Source: Clostridiales bacterium (GTDB lineage Bacteria > Bacillota > Clostridia > Oscillospirales > CAG-272). From it: a stretch of DNA of 64,000 nt. Position 1 is the stretch's first letter, and each line of letters opens with the position of its first letter. The translations under genes were made by a program, and so were the position numbers. Below the pieces are notes generated by a model. The model ran no database searches and was not told where the DNA came from. It was given only the letters and a program-made list of their open reading frames with translations. The stretch spans positions 11,227-75,226 of the forward strand of contig DPGD01000031.1 in the NCBI GenBank assembly GCA_003522145.1, written 5' to 3'. This document shows positions 17,046 through 26,853 of the stretch, piece by piece.

Positions 17046-18451
17046 ACCATACAGTAAAGAACTATGAAGAAGGGGAATTGACCGAAGAGGGCTTTTCCGG
17101 CGAAATCCGGAACAAGAAGAGCCGTTGGTCCTTGATCGTCCCGCTGATTCTTTCGGTAGTGGCCGCTATGGCCCTGTGGATGTATGTGATCGCCGCAAAT
17201 AATACCTGTACCGATATTCCGATCCAGCTGACCGGCAAGGAAAAGCTGTTGGGCAGCGGATATACCGTTTCGCTTGTGGAGCCTCAGACTGTGGACTTGG
17301 TTTTACGCGGAAACAGCGAGACAATCAAAAAAATTATAAAAACTCCTTCTTTGGTGACCGCCTCTGTCAGCATTTTCAAAAAAGATACGGAAGAGGGAAA
17401 CAAAGGCTATATTTTTGAAGATGACGAGGTCAGAGCCGGAGACTATGTGGTTTCCCTGAATATTCAGCTTCCGGAAGGAGTCCAGTGCAACGAAAAAAAA
17501 GTGACCGTCCGGATCAGCCGCAAGGAAACCAAGATCGTGCCCACAAGCGAAATCCGAATCAATAAAACAGCCTACTCCTACGGAAACGGATGCTATATTT
17601 TCGGTGAAAGCATTGAAGAGCAGAATCTGGTGGTCAGCGCAGACAAAGAGACTTTGGAAGAAATCGACTACATTGCTCTGGAGGTATCCGGTCTGAAAGA
17701 CCTGACCAAGGATTTTTATGCCAATGTTCTGCCGGTGGCTTATGATTCTTACGGCGATCAGATAGACAGTCAGTCCCTTAGTTTTGAACCGGAGACCCTT
17801 TCCCTGCACATTAAGGTGAACCGGGTCAAAAACATTCAGTTAACGCTGAAAACAGCAGAAGGCGACACGACGAAGTATACCCTGTCTCAAAAAAGCGTCC
17901 GGTTTACCGGAGCCAGTGAGCTGGTGGAAATACTGCCGGATGCTCTTTGCCTGAATGAAGAAGAGTTTTCTTCCGGAAAGATGGCAGTGGAAGAGGGGAC
18001 GGTTTACGAGTTTACAGCCGAGGCGCTTGTGAAGGCGTTGTACAACGGCGATTTTGACAGCGGACGCATCGCTTTGGAGGATGAGTATCACCAGACCGTG
18101 GAAACGATACGGATTACCGTAAAAGCGGAAAGCGGTGTCCTGGAAAAGGAGCTTGAGCTTTCAGAATCCGACATCCGCATGATTCTGCCCAAAGGATACC
18201 ATGCAACCATTCTGGATGCGCCTTTGAAGATCTGCGTTCTTTACACAGAGGCAGGAAAAGATATTTCCAAGGAAAACCTGCTTTGCGTGCTTCAGCTGAG
18301 CGCCCTCACCGAAGGTACGCACAGCGTCTCTTTGGAGGTGGGAATAATGGGTGAAATTTCCCGTTTTGTAACAATCAAGGAGCCGCTCAATGTGATGGTG
18401 AAACTGGAGCCGGAACAGGAAGAACCGATGAAGGAACCTTCAGGGGAATAA
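17042..18451 (+). CDS. cdaR: CdaA regulatory protein CdaR (YbbR-like repeats)
   Basis: ATGA overlap with cdaA, N-terminal TM segment, repeated beta-rich YbbR-like modules, and the conserved position after cdaA. Confidence 0.75.
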   Translation: MNHTVKNYEEGELTEEGFSGEIRNKKSRWSLIVPLILSVVAAMALWMYVIAANNTCTDIPIQLTGKEKLLGSGYTVSLVEPQTVDLVLRGNSETIKKIIKTPSLVTASVSIFKKDTEEGNKGYIFEDDEVRAGDYVVSLNIQLPEGVQCNEKKVTVRISRKETKIVPTSEIRINKTAYSYGNGCYIFGESIEEQNLVVSADKETLEEIDYIALEVSGLKDLTKDFYANVLPVAYDSYGDQIDSQSLSFEPETLSLHIKVNRVKNIQLTLKTAEGDTTKYTLSQKSVRFTGASELVEILPDALCLNEEEFSSGKMAVEEGTVYEFTAEALVKALYNGDFDSGRIALEDEYHQTVETIRITVKAESGVLEKELELSESDIRMILPKGYHATILDAPLKICVLYTEAGKDISKENLLCVLQLSALTEGTHSVSLEVGIMGEISRFVTIKEPLNVMVKLEPEQEEPMKEPSGE

Positions 18452-18454
18452 CTT

Positions 18455-20071
18455 TTGAAAAAAGAAAACAGTATACAGGTCGTATTGCGGAATATCGCCC
18501 TGCCTTACAGAGAAGAGGAAAGAGAGGCCTTTCTTCTTGCAGATAAGAAACTGAAAAGCGTAGGCCTGAAGGGAGAAAACTTTTCGGTTTACAAGCGTTC
18601 GGTAGATGCCCGGAAAAAGGAAAATATCCGGTTTGTCTATTCGATCGTGGCCGATCTGCCGAAAATTCCGGAAAAGCGTCGGCTTGAAAAAATTGACGGC
18701 ACGGTTCTTCTTCCTTCCCCCAAGACACCGGAATGCGGAAACGAGGAGCTTGGCGGACAGGTAATTGTGGTGGGGTTCGGTCCCTGCGGCATGTTTGCCG
18801 CACTGACTCTGGCGGAAGCCGGGTACAGGCCTTTGGTCTTGGAACGGGGAGAAGACATCGAGTTCCGGCACCAAAAGGTGAACGAATTTTTTGAAACAGG
18901 CACTCTTCTTGAAGACTGCAATGTGCAGTTCGGTGCGGGGGGCGCCGGAACCTTTTCCGACGGAAAACTGGTGACCAGAATCAACGACCCCTTGGGGAGT
19001 GCCGTCCTTGAACGGTTGGCGGATTTCGGAGCGCCGGAGAGCATTCTGACCTTGGCCAAGCCCCACATCGGAACCGACCGATTAAAACGGGTAGTGGTCG
19101 GCTTTGAAAAACGGATTGAAGAGTTGGGCGGCAGGATCCTGTTCGGCACCAAGATGACCGGATTTTCTGCAGATGCTTCCGGAACAATCACTTCCGTGCA
19201 CACGAACCGGGGAGAATTCTCCTGCGGCGCTCTGATTCTGGCAATCGGGCACAGCGCCAGAGATACCTATAAAATGCTCCATGAAAAAACAGACTGTCTG
19301 CTTGTGCCCAAGGATTTTTCGGTGGGCGCACGGATCGAGCATCTGCAAAGGGATTTGGATCGGTCGCTCTACGGAGATGCGGACATTTCTCTTCTGGGGC
19401 ATGGGGAATACACCCTTTCCTACAGGGAAGGGGAGCGAGGTGTCTACAGCTTCTGTATGTGTCCCGGCGGCAAAGTAATTTGCGCTTCCTCGGAAAAAGG
19501 CGGCTTGGTGGTAAACGGGATGAGCGATTACTTACGGGACGGAAGAAATGCCAATTCCGCCATTGCCGTTTCGGTTTTGAAAAAGGACTACGGGGATGAC
19601 CCCATGAAGGCAATTGCCTTTCAGGAGGAACTGGAGCGCAAAGCATTTTCGGCGGCCGGCGGCGGATATAAGGCGCCCATTCAGACCGTGGGGGACTTCT
19701 TAAACGGAAAAAAGGGAACAGAACCGAAAAGAATTTTGCCCACCTTCCGCAACGGTACAAACTGCACTCCCTCCGATCTGCACACGGTTCTGCCCGGCTT
19801 TGTTACAGAGCTTTTGGAAACCGGTTTGCGGAAATTTGCCTCCAGAATTTCCTGCTTTAAGGACAGTGACGCCTTGTTGACCGGTGTGGAAACGAGGACC
19901 TCCGCACCGCTTCGGATTTTGCGAAGCGAAGAATATACCGCTCTCGGATACCCGAATCTCTACCCCTGCGGAGAGGGTGCCGGCTACGCCGGAGGTATTA
20001 CCAGCGCCGGGATCGACGGCATTCGGACCGCTTACAAAATCATCGGAAGGTACAGACCAAGCACAAAATAA
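18455..20071 (+). CDS. FAD-dependent protein (COG2509-like NAD(FAD)-utilising dehydrogenase)
   Basis: Dinucleotide-binding motif VVGFGPCGMFAAL plus GAGGAGTFSDGKL. TTG start 4 nt after the cdaR stop, with an AGGGGAA RBS. Confidence 0.75.
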   Translation: MKKENSIQVVLRNIALPYREEEREAFLLADKKLKSVGLKGENFSVYKRSVDARKKENIRFVYSIVADLPKIPEKRRLEKIDGTVLLPSPKTPECGNEELGGQVIVVGFGPCGMFAALTLAEAGYRPLVLERGEDIEFRHQKVNEFFETGTLLEDCNVQFGAGGAGTFSDGKLVTRINDPLGSAVLERLADFGAPESILTLAKPHIGTDRLKRVVVGFEKRIEELGGRILFGTKMTGFSADASGTITSVHTNRGEFSCGALILAIGHSARDTYKMLHEKTDCLLVPKDFSVGARIEHLQRDLDRSLYGDADISLLGHGEYTLSYREGERGVYSFCMCPGGKVICASSEKGGLVVNGMSDYLRDGRNANSAIAVSVLKKDYGDDPMKAIAFQEELERKAFSAAGGGYKAPIQTVGDFLNGKKGTEPKRILPTFRNGTNCTPSDLHTVLPGFVTELLETGLRKFASRISCFKDSDALLTGVETRTSAPLRILRSEEYTALGYPNLYPCGEGAGYAGGITSAGIDGIRTAYKIIGRYRPSTK

Positions 20072-20088
20072 ACGAAAGGTTCAAGAAT

Positions 20089-20466
20089 ATGGCTTCCATC
20101 GGAATTGTACAGGATAAAGATGAACACTATGCCTTTGTGTCCGTAGCCGACGGGAAAATTATCCGGGCTCATAACGACTGTCAGGCCGAAAAAGGGGATA
20201 AAGTCATGGTCAGTTGCTCCGCAGGCAGAGTATTTCTCTATGTTTTTGCAATTTTTGTTCTTCCTTTTTTCCCTGCCGGAGCCGCATTTTATCTGATCTA
20301 TACAGTCAGTACAGGCTTTTGGCTACCCTCTGCGGCAGGACTTGCGGTTCTTGCGGTTTTCTATCTCTTTCTTCGGCTGACCTTGGATAAAAAGGCGGCA
20401 AGCCGATGCACCAAACGGATTTCCCGAATTCTTGAAAAGGCAGACGGTTGTAAAGATGATTTGTGA
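20089..20466 (+). CDS. Small membrane protein, RseC/MucC-family-like (tentative)
   Basis: N-terminal soluble segment (IGIVQ...AFVSV...GDKVMV) followed by two TM helices, the layout I associate with RseC-like proteins. The usual Cys cluster is absent. Confidence 0.4.
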   Translation: MASIGIVQDKDEHYAFVSVADGKIIRAHNDCQAEKGDKVMVSCSAGRVFLYVFAIFVLPFFPAGAAFYLIYTVSTGFWLPSAAGLAVLAVFYLFLRLTLDKKAASRCTKRISRILEKADGCKDDL

Positions 20467-22537
20467 AACCGGTATTTCAAGAGAACTGCTCGATTCGGAG
20501 GAGGTTCGCAAGATTGCAGAGGAATGGAATTTCCCGCTTCCCCTGTCCGCCCTTCTTTTAAACAGAGGCTATCGGACCAAGGAAGAAATCACAGCCTTTC
20601 TCTATCCTTCCGTCGGCGAGTTGCCTTCCCCCTTTCTGCTTAAGGATATGGACAAGGCGGTTGCGCGCATTCTTCCGGCGCTTGAAGGAAAAGAGAAAAT
20701 TCTCATCTATGGCGATTATGATGCCGACGGAATCACGGCTACGGCGCTGTTGTGGTCCTATCTGAAAAGTAAAGGAGTGACGGCCGACTGCCGGATTCCA
20801 GACCGATTTTCAGAGGGCTACGGAATCCGTGAAGAGGCCCTTTCAGAGGCAAAAGACCGGGGCATCCAGCTGATTCTGACGGTGGATACCGGAATCACTG
20901 CCTGCAAAGAGCTTTCAAAGGCGTCTTCACTGGGTCTGGATGTGGTGGTCACCGATCATCATGAATGCAAATCGACCCTTCCGGAATGCTGCGCCGTGGT
21001 GAATCCCATGCGCCCCGACTGCAGCTATCCCTTTAAGGGGTTAGCCGGAGTGGGTGTAGCCTACAAGCTGATTTCCGCTTTGGAATGTCGGCTCACAGAC
21101 GAGGACGAAAAAACCGTAAACGAACGGCTTCTGTCCCAATATGGCGATTTTCTGACTTTGGGCACCGTTGCCGATGTGATGCCTTTGACCAAGGAAAACC
21201 GGATCTATGTGAAAGAGGGGTTAAAGCTTCTTGATACAGGGGTTCATCCGGGTCTTTCGGCTTTGCTCCGGTTGGCCCAGGGGGAAAAAAGGATGAAAAG
21301 TGCCTGCACGGTTACAACGGTCGGCTACATGCTTGCCCCAAGAATCAACGCCGCAGGCAGAATGGGAAGCGCTGAGAGCGCTCTGCGTCTGTTGCAGACC
21401 GAATCGCCCTTGGAAGGGGAGGCACTTGGTCAGTTTCTTTGCTCCTGCAACCTGCAAAGACAGCTTGAGGAAGCAAAAATCTATAAAGAGGCTGAAGAGC
21501 TTCTTCACAGCGATGAATCCTACAAAAACGACCGGATTCTGTTACTTTGGAAGGAGGGCTGGCATCAGGGGGTGATCGGGATCGTCGCCTCCAGAATCGC
21601 CGAACGGTACGGAAAGCCCACGATTCTGGTCAGTCTGGAAGGAGAAGAGGGAAAGGGCTCCGGCAGAAGTCCTGAAGGCTGTAATTTGGTGGAGCTTCTC
21701 AAAGAAAATGAAGGGCTGCTTTTGCGTTACGGCGGACATGAGCTTGCGGCAGGGCTTTCGGTGAAGCGGGAACTGCTTCCGACGCTCCGGCTTGCTTTAA
21801 ATGCTTTAAAAGCCGGAAAGACCGTTGGCACCGAAAAGGTTTTTAAGGCGGAGCTGGAACTGAAACCGGCGGAAATGACCCTCCGGCTTGCCTCTGCGCT
21901 TTCGGCTTTGGAACCCTGCGGCAACGGAAATGAAGCCCCGGTCTTTCTTTTACGGGACGCAGAAATTTACGGAATTCAGCCCCTTTCGGAAGGAAAACAC
22001 ACCAAACTGATTCTGGAAAGAGAGGGGTTGCGCTTTGCGGCATTACTTTTCGGACAGCCCACAGCACTCCTGCCCTACAGCGAAGGAGAGAAGCTGGACC
22101 TGCTTTTCAACCTGTCTGTGAACGAATACAAGGGTCAAGGCAGTGTTCAGCTGCTTATAAAGAATGCGGACCTTGCGGCGTCTTCCAAGAAAAAGAGAGA
22201 AGCGGAAAAGGAAGAATTTCTCGCTTTTTGTCGGGAAGATGGCAAGTCTGCTCAAAGCTGTGTTCCGGACCGTTTGGATTTTACCCGCTTATATCGCTTT
22301 CTTGTACAGCAGAACGGACAGAAAAGGAACGCCCTGTCTTTAGACTGGATTCTTTCCAATACCGGCATTGAGAATCCTACCATTCTGCGCATTGCCCTCG
22401 AAGTTTTCAGAGAAACCGGATTGCTGATCTTCCGTTATGCAGAGGAAGACTGGCGGGTCGTGGAATTCTCTCTGCCCAGGAATACCCAAAAAACGGATTT
22501 GGAGCAATCGGCGCTTCTCCGCCGTCTGAAAGGCTGA
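20456..22537 (+). CDS. recJ: Single-stranded-DNA-specific exonuclease RecJ
   Basis: DHH-family motifs (IYGDYDADGITA, TVDTGI, VTDHHE), DHHA1 region (GGHELAAG) and a C-terminal OB-like domain. The start is uncertain (ATG 20456 or TTG 20432). Confidence 0.9.
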   Translation: MICETGISRELLDSEEVRKIAEEWNFPLPLSALLLNRGYRTKEEITAFLYPSVGELPSPFLLKDMDKAVARILPALEGKEKILIYGDYDADGITATALLWSYLKSKGVTADCRIPDRFSEGYGIREEALSEAKDRGIQLILTVDTGITACKELSKASSLGLDVVVTDHHECKSTLPECCAVVNPMRPDCSYPFKGLAGVGVAYKLISALECRLTDEDEKTVNERLLSQYGDFLTLGTVADVMPLTKENRIYVKEGLKLLDTGVHPGLSALLRLAQGEKRMKSACTVTTVGYMLAPRINAAGRMGSAESALRLLQTESPLEGEALGQFLCSCNLQRQLEEAKIYKEAEELLHSDESYKNDRILLLWKEGWHQGVIGIVASRIAERYGKPTILVSLEGEEGKGSGRSPEGCNLVELLKENEGLLLRYGGHELAAGLSVKRELLPTLRLALNALKAGKTVGTEKVFKAELELKPAEMTLRLASALSALEPCGNGNEAPVFLLRDAEIYGIQPLSEGKHTKLILEREGLRFAALLFGQPTALLPYSEGEKLDLLFNLSVNEYKGQGSVQLLIKNADLAASSKKKREAEKEEFLAFCREDGKSAQSCVPDRLDFTRLYRFLVQQNGQKRNALSLDWILSNTGIENPTILRIALEVFRETGLLIFRYAEEDWRVVEFSLPRNTQKTDLEQSALLRRLKG

Positions 22538-22606
22538 GAATCGTCTTGAAAAAAGGATTCTTCGGAGCCAGAGGGCCGTACAGAATAAACACTGAAGGAA
22601 AAAGTT

Positions 22607-24802
22607 ATGCAAACTGAAATATCTGGACTGATTCAGATTCTGAAAGAATCGGAAAAAAACTACGACCTTTCCAAAATTACTGCCGCCTATGAGTTTGCGG
22701 CAGAGCTTCATGAGGGACAATTCCGGGTCAGCGGCGAGCCCTATATTTCCCATCCCATCGCAGTTGCGGAAATTGTAGCGGGGTTAGGGCTGGACACCGA
22801 TTCCATCTGCGCCGCACTCCTGCACGACACGGTTGAGGACTGCTCGGAAAAGGTCGATCTGCAGATTATAAAGCAGAAATTCGGAGCCACGGTCTCCATG
22901 CTGGTGGACGGTTTAACGAAGCTTACCCAGATTCCCTTTGCCGACAAAGAAGAGCAGGAAGTGGAGAATTTACGGAAGATGTTCTTGGCCATGTCCAAGG
23001 ATGTGCGGGTCATCTTCATCAAGCTCTGCGACCGTCTTCATAATATGCGCACTCTTTACGCCAAACCCGAAAACAAGCGCCGCATCACGGCGCTTGAAAC
23101 CATGCAGGTGTATGCTCCCTTGGCGCACCGGCTCGGTATGCAAAAGATCAAGCAGGAGCTGGAGAATCTGTCGCTTTCTTATTTGGATCCCATCGGATAC
23201 AACGAGGTAAAAAACGACATCGATCGGCGTTATGGACAGAATATCAACTTTTTACAGAAAGCAAGCCAACAAATTTCCGATAAGCTCAACGACCTGAATT
23301 TCAGTTTCACCCTGGAAGGACGGGTCAAATCGGTTTACAGCATCTACAAAAAGATGTATGAGCACGGTAAGAGTTTTGATGAGATCTACGATTTTTATGC
23401 TTTGCGCATCATCACCGAAACCGAATTGGACTGTTATACCATTTTAGGCATTATCCATGATATGTTCAAGTCGATTCCCGGTCGGTTCAAGGATTATATT
23501 TCCACCCCCAAGCCCAATATGTACCGGTCTTTGCATACCACGGTCATCGGTCGGGACGGCATTCCCTTTGAGGTGCAGATCCGGACTAAGGAGATGCATC
23601 AGATTGCGGAATACGGTATTGCCGCTCACTGGAAATACAAGTCCGGAGCAACAGAAAGCAAAGAGGATATTGACAAGAAGCTGGAGTGGATCTCCAAAAT
23701 TGTCGAGGGAGACGAAGATGTCAAGGACCCGGACGAATTCCTCAGGTCTTTGAAAATCGATCTTTTTCACGACGATATTTTCGTGTTCACACCCAAAGGA
23801 GATGTAATCTCTCTTCCGGTCGGCGCCAATATTATCGATTTTGCCTATGCCATCCATTCGGCTGTGGGCAACAAAATGGTGGGCGCCAAAATCAACGGAG
23901 CCATAGCCCCCATTGATACCGAGCTGGAAAACGGACAGATCGTGGAGATCCTTACCTCCTCTTCCTCCAAGGGACCCAGCCGGGACTGGCTGAAAATGGT
24001 GAAAACCGCTGAGGCACGGAACAAAATACGCCAGTGGTACAAAAAGGAAAAGCGTCCCGAAAACATTGCCATGGGAAAGGTGGAAATTGACCGGGAATTC
24101 AGGCGCTACGGCAAGGATTGTCCGGAAAGCATCAAAAATGAGATTCTCGCAAATGTAAGCTCCCGCATCGGTATGCAGACGGTAGATGACCTGTACGCCA
24201 TGATCGGCTACGGGGGACTGATTATTCAGAAAATTTCCATTAAACTGCACGATGAGTACGAGCGTCTCATGCAGAATCAGGAGATCAATCTTCCGGTTAC
24301 CGCCGAGGAAGTCAATGTAAAGCCGAGAAAGTCCAAGAACGGCGGGGTAATTGTAGACGGAAACGAGGGGTGCGCAGTGAAATTCGCAAAATGCTGCAAT
24401 CCGCTGCCGGGAGACAAGATTATCGGGTTTGTCACCAAGGGCTTCGGCATTTCGGTGCACAAACGGGACTGTCCGAATGTGGCAACCAATCTGAAAAAGC
24501 CCGAACTGACCGACCGATTCGTAACGGCACACTGGGAGGACAACCCGGTTACCGAAACCGGTATGTTTGAGGCCTGCATTCAGATTCTGGCTGAAAACCG
24601 GATGACGCTGATTGCAGATATCACGATGGCTTTGGCGGATATGCGCATTGCGCTTCATCAGATTTCCACACAGGCAAAGGGAAATGACGATATTCTGATC
24701 AATATTGTGGTGGGATGCAAGGATGTATCTCACTTTGAGTCGATTCTTTCCAGATTGAAATCGGTGAAAAGCGTATATTCGGTAACGAGAGGTCACATCT
24801 AG
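22607..24802 (+). CDS. relA: Bifunctional (p)ppGpp synthetase/hydrolase (RelA/SpoT homologue)
   Basis: HD hydrolase domain (HPIAVA...LHDTVED), synthetase domain (YRSLHTTV), then TGS and ACT-like C-terminal domains. Confidence 0.95.
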   Translation: MQTEISGLIQILKESEKNYDLSKITAAYEFAAELHEGQFRVSGEPYISHPIAVAEIVAGLGLDTDSICAALLHDTVEDCSEKVDLQIIKQKFGATVSMLVDGLTKLTQIPFADKEEQEVENLRKMFLAMSKDVRVIFIKLCDRLHNMRTLYAKPENKRRITALETMQVYAPLAHRLGMQKIKQELENLSLSYLDPIGYNEVKNDIDRRYGQNINFLQKASQQISDKLNDLNFSFTLEGRVKSVYSIYKKMYEHGKSFDEIYDFYALRIITETELDCYTILGIIHDMFKSIPGRFKDYISTPKPNMYRSLHTTVIGRDGIPFEVQIRTKEMHQIAEYGIAAHWKYKSGATESKEDIDKKLEWISKIVEGDEDVKDPDEFLRSLKIDLFHDDIFVFTPKGDVISLPVGANIIDFAYAIHSAVGNKMVGAKINGAIAPIDTELENGQIVEILTSSSSKGPSRDWLKMVKTAEARNKIRQWYKKEKRPENIAMGKVEIDREFRRYGKDCPESIKNEILANVSSRIGMQTVDDLYAMIGYGGLIIQKISIKLHDEYERLMQNQEINLPVTAEEVNVKPRKSKNGGVIVDGNEGCAVKFAKCCNPLPGDKIIGFVTKGFGISVHKRDCPNVATNLKKPELTDRFVTAHWEDNPVTETGMFEACIQILAENRMTLIADITMALADMRIALHQISTQAKGNDDILINIVVGCKDVSHFESILSRLKSVKSVYSVTRGHI

Positions 24803-24850
24803 ACAGAACAAGAAAAAGAAAGGATGCCCGCCGGAAGGGCAGAAAAAGAG

Positions 24851-25315
24851 ATGCAGGCAGTTTTACAGCGCGTAAGTAGGGCAGAGGTATCGGTCAACGG
24901 AAGGGTCAGCGGCAGTTGCAACCGGGGTTTTTTGATCCTTCTCGGTGTTTTTGAAGGAGACGGAGAGGAAGATGCCGATCTGCTGGCGGAAAAAATAGCA
25001 AAATTGCGGGTATTCGCAGACGAACAGGGAAAAATGAACAAATCCATCCTGGATGTGGGCGGAAGCGTTCTGGTGGTTTCTCAATTTACCCTCTGTGCCA
25101 ATTATGTGCATGGGAATCGTCCGGACTTCTTTTCTGCCGCCGAGCCCGAAAAAGCCAATAGGCTTTATGAATATTTTTCCGAACGGATGCGTATTTTGGT
25201 ACCGAACGGCGTGGGCAACGGGGTCTTCGGTGCAGATATGCAGATCGAAGCGTGCTGCGACGGGCCGGTTACCATTGTGATGGACAGCGAAAAACTCAAA
25301 AAGAAAGCAAAATAA
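24851..25315 (+). CDS. dtd: D-aminoacyl-tRNA deacylase
   Basis: MQAVLQRV... N-terminus, SQFTL and NGVFGADM motifs. The internal ATG 24851 is preferred over the ORF-track start at 24824 by comparison with the usual Dtd N-terminus. Confidence 0.88.
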   Translation: MQAVLQRVSRAEVSVNGRVSGSCNRGFLILLGVFEGDGEEDADLLAEKIAKLRVFADEQGKMNKSILDVGGSVLVVSQFTLCANYVHGNRPDFFSAAEPEKANRLYEYFSERMRILVPNGVGNGVFGADMQIEACCDGPVTIVMDSEKLKKKAK

Positions 25316-25335
25316 CAGAAGAAAAGAAACTGAAA

Positions 25336-26808
25336 ATGAAACTGAAAATCGACGGAGACATCAATCAAAGCTATGTACAGAATCTGTGCCTGATGTTTTT
25401 TCCCTGTGAAAAATTTTCCGAAAGCGAAGAAGAAACCGACGAAACGCCGAAGGCTTATGTGAAATTGGATCGTTTGGAAAAGGGCTACAGAGCAAAGGTG
25501 ATTTTAACGGTTCTCGAAAAGCAGGAGGAAAGCACCGTTTTTGTGGCAGACAATCCGCTCTACAAAGATCGGAATATTGCGCAAATGGCCGTGGGAGGCG
25601 CTTTTTACGAAGCCGGAAGCCGGATGAGCAAATACAATCCTCCCTGGGGAATTCTCGTCGGCATTCGCCCCGGGAAGGTGGCCATGAGGCTCTATGAGCA
25701 ATTGGGAAGCAAAATGGCGGTGCGCAGGGCTTTGGTGAGCGATTACCTGCTTACGCCCAAAAAGGCTCAGCTGATTACGAATGTGGCGCTGAATGAAGAG
25801 AAGATTCTGCAAAAATACGGGAAGGATACCTGCAGTCTGTATATTTCCATCCCCTTTTGTCCTACAAGATGCGCCTATTGCTCCTTTATTTCCTATGCAA
25901 CCCCCCGTTTGCTTTCTCTGATTCCGGATTATCTTCTGCGCCTGAAAACAGACATTTCACAAACCGTGGAGGTGATCCGACAAAAAGGGCAGAGAATTTC
26001 AACGGTTTATATCGGCGGCGGCACCCCTACAACTCTTAACGAAGCACAGTTAAGGGATTTGCTGTCCTTTATTTCCACCCAAATTGAGGTCTCAGCCTTG
26101 GATGAATACACTTTGGAAGGCGGACGCCCGGACACCATCACCCCGGAAAAGCTGGAAATTGCCAAGGAATACGGCGTGACCAGAGTTTCGATCAATCCCC
26201 AGACCTTAAACGATGACATCCTAAGGGGCATCGGCCGAAAGCATTCCTCGGACGATTTCTTCAGAGCCTACTATCAGGCGCGAAAATCCGGAATTCCGGC
26301 AATCAACACCGACATTATTGCTGGTCTGCCCGGTGATAGTTTTTCGAGCTTTTCCAAAACAGTGGATCAGATCGCCGAGCTTCACCCGGAAAACATCACG
26401 GTGCATACATTTTTTGTCAAGAAAGCGTCGGACATTCTGCACAGCGGGGTGAATGTGACCTCCAGAAACAGTCTGGAAGCGGTGAAATGCGTGGACTATG
26501 CCCAGCTTGTGGCGGCGGAGGAAGGATATCATCCCTACTACCTGTACAGGCAGAAGAATACGGTTGGAAATTTGGAGAATGTGGGCTTTTCTTTGGAGGG
26601 CTACGACGGAATATACAACTGTCTGATTATGGCAGAAACCCAGGACATCTACGCCTGCGGGGCGGGGGCTGTGACCAAGCTTGTTTCCGCAGAGGAAAAA
26701 AGGATCAGGCGCTTCTATATGCCCAAGTATCCCTATGAATACCTGGATATGGCCTTGGACAGTCCTGAACGGAAGCAGATTTTCGAGAATATCCTTCAAT
26801 TTCAGTAA
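25336..26808 (+). CDS. hemZ: Radical SAM coproporphyrinogen-dehydrogenase-like protein (HemZ/HemN family)
   Basis: CxxxCxxC radical SAM motif (CPTRCAYCSF) and a HemZ-type N-terminus (MKLKIDGDINQSYVQNLCLMFF). Confidence 0.8.
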   Translation: MKLKIDGDINQSYVQNLCLMFFPCEKFSESEEETDETPKAYVKLDRLEKGYRAKVILTVLEKQEESTVFVADNPLYKDRNIAQMAVGGAFYEAGSRMSKYNPPWGILVGIRPGKVAMRLYEQLGSKMAVRRALVSDYLLTPKKAQLITNVALNEEKILQKYGKDTCSLYISIPFCPTRCAYCSFISYATPRLLSLIPDYLLRLKTDISQTVEVIRQKGQRISTVYIGGGTPTTLNEAQLRDLLSFISTQIEVSALDEYTLEGGRPDTITPEKLEIAKEYGVTRVSINPQTLNDDILRGIGRKHSSDDFFRAYYQARKSGIPAINTDIIAGLPGDSFSSFSKTVDQIAELHPENITVHTFFVKKASDILHSGVNVTSRNSLEAVKCVDYAQLVAAEEGYHPYYLYRQKNTVGNLENVGFSLEGYDGIYNCLIMAETQDIYACGAGAVTKLVSAEEKRIRRFYMPKYPYEYLDMALDSPERKQIFENILQFQ

Positions 26809-26853
26809 ACGGACAGGATGTGAAAAAACCGGGAGAAACACGATACAGAAAGG

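Noticed and set aside
23444-24811. A 455 aa ORF antisense to relA. Similar long antisense ORFs occur at 1024-2067, 3865-4914, 7368-8156, 13218-13964, 26221-26952, 41718-42650 and 50492-51277.
   Set aside because: Each lies exactly opposite a gene with strong family motifs. They lack RBS and promoter signals. Their translations have the Leu/Gly/His/Arg-rich, motif-free character typical of the complementary frame of real genes. I treat them as shadow ORFs.
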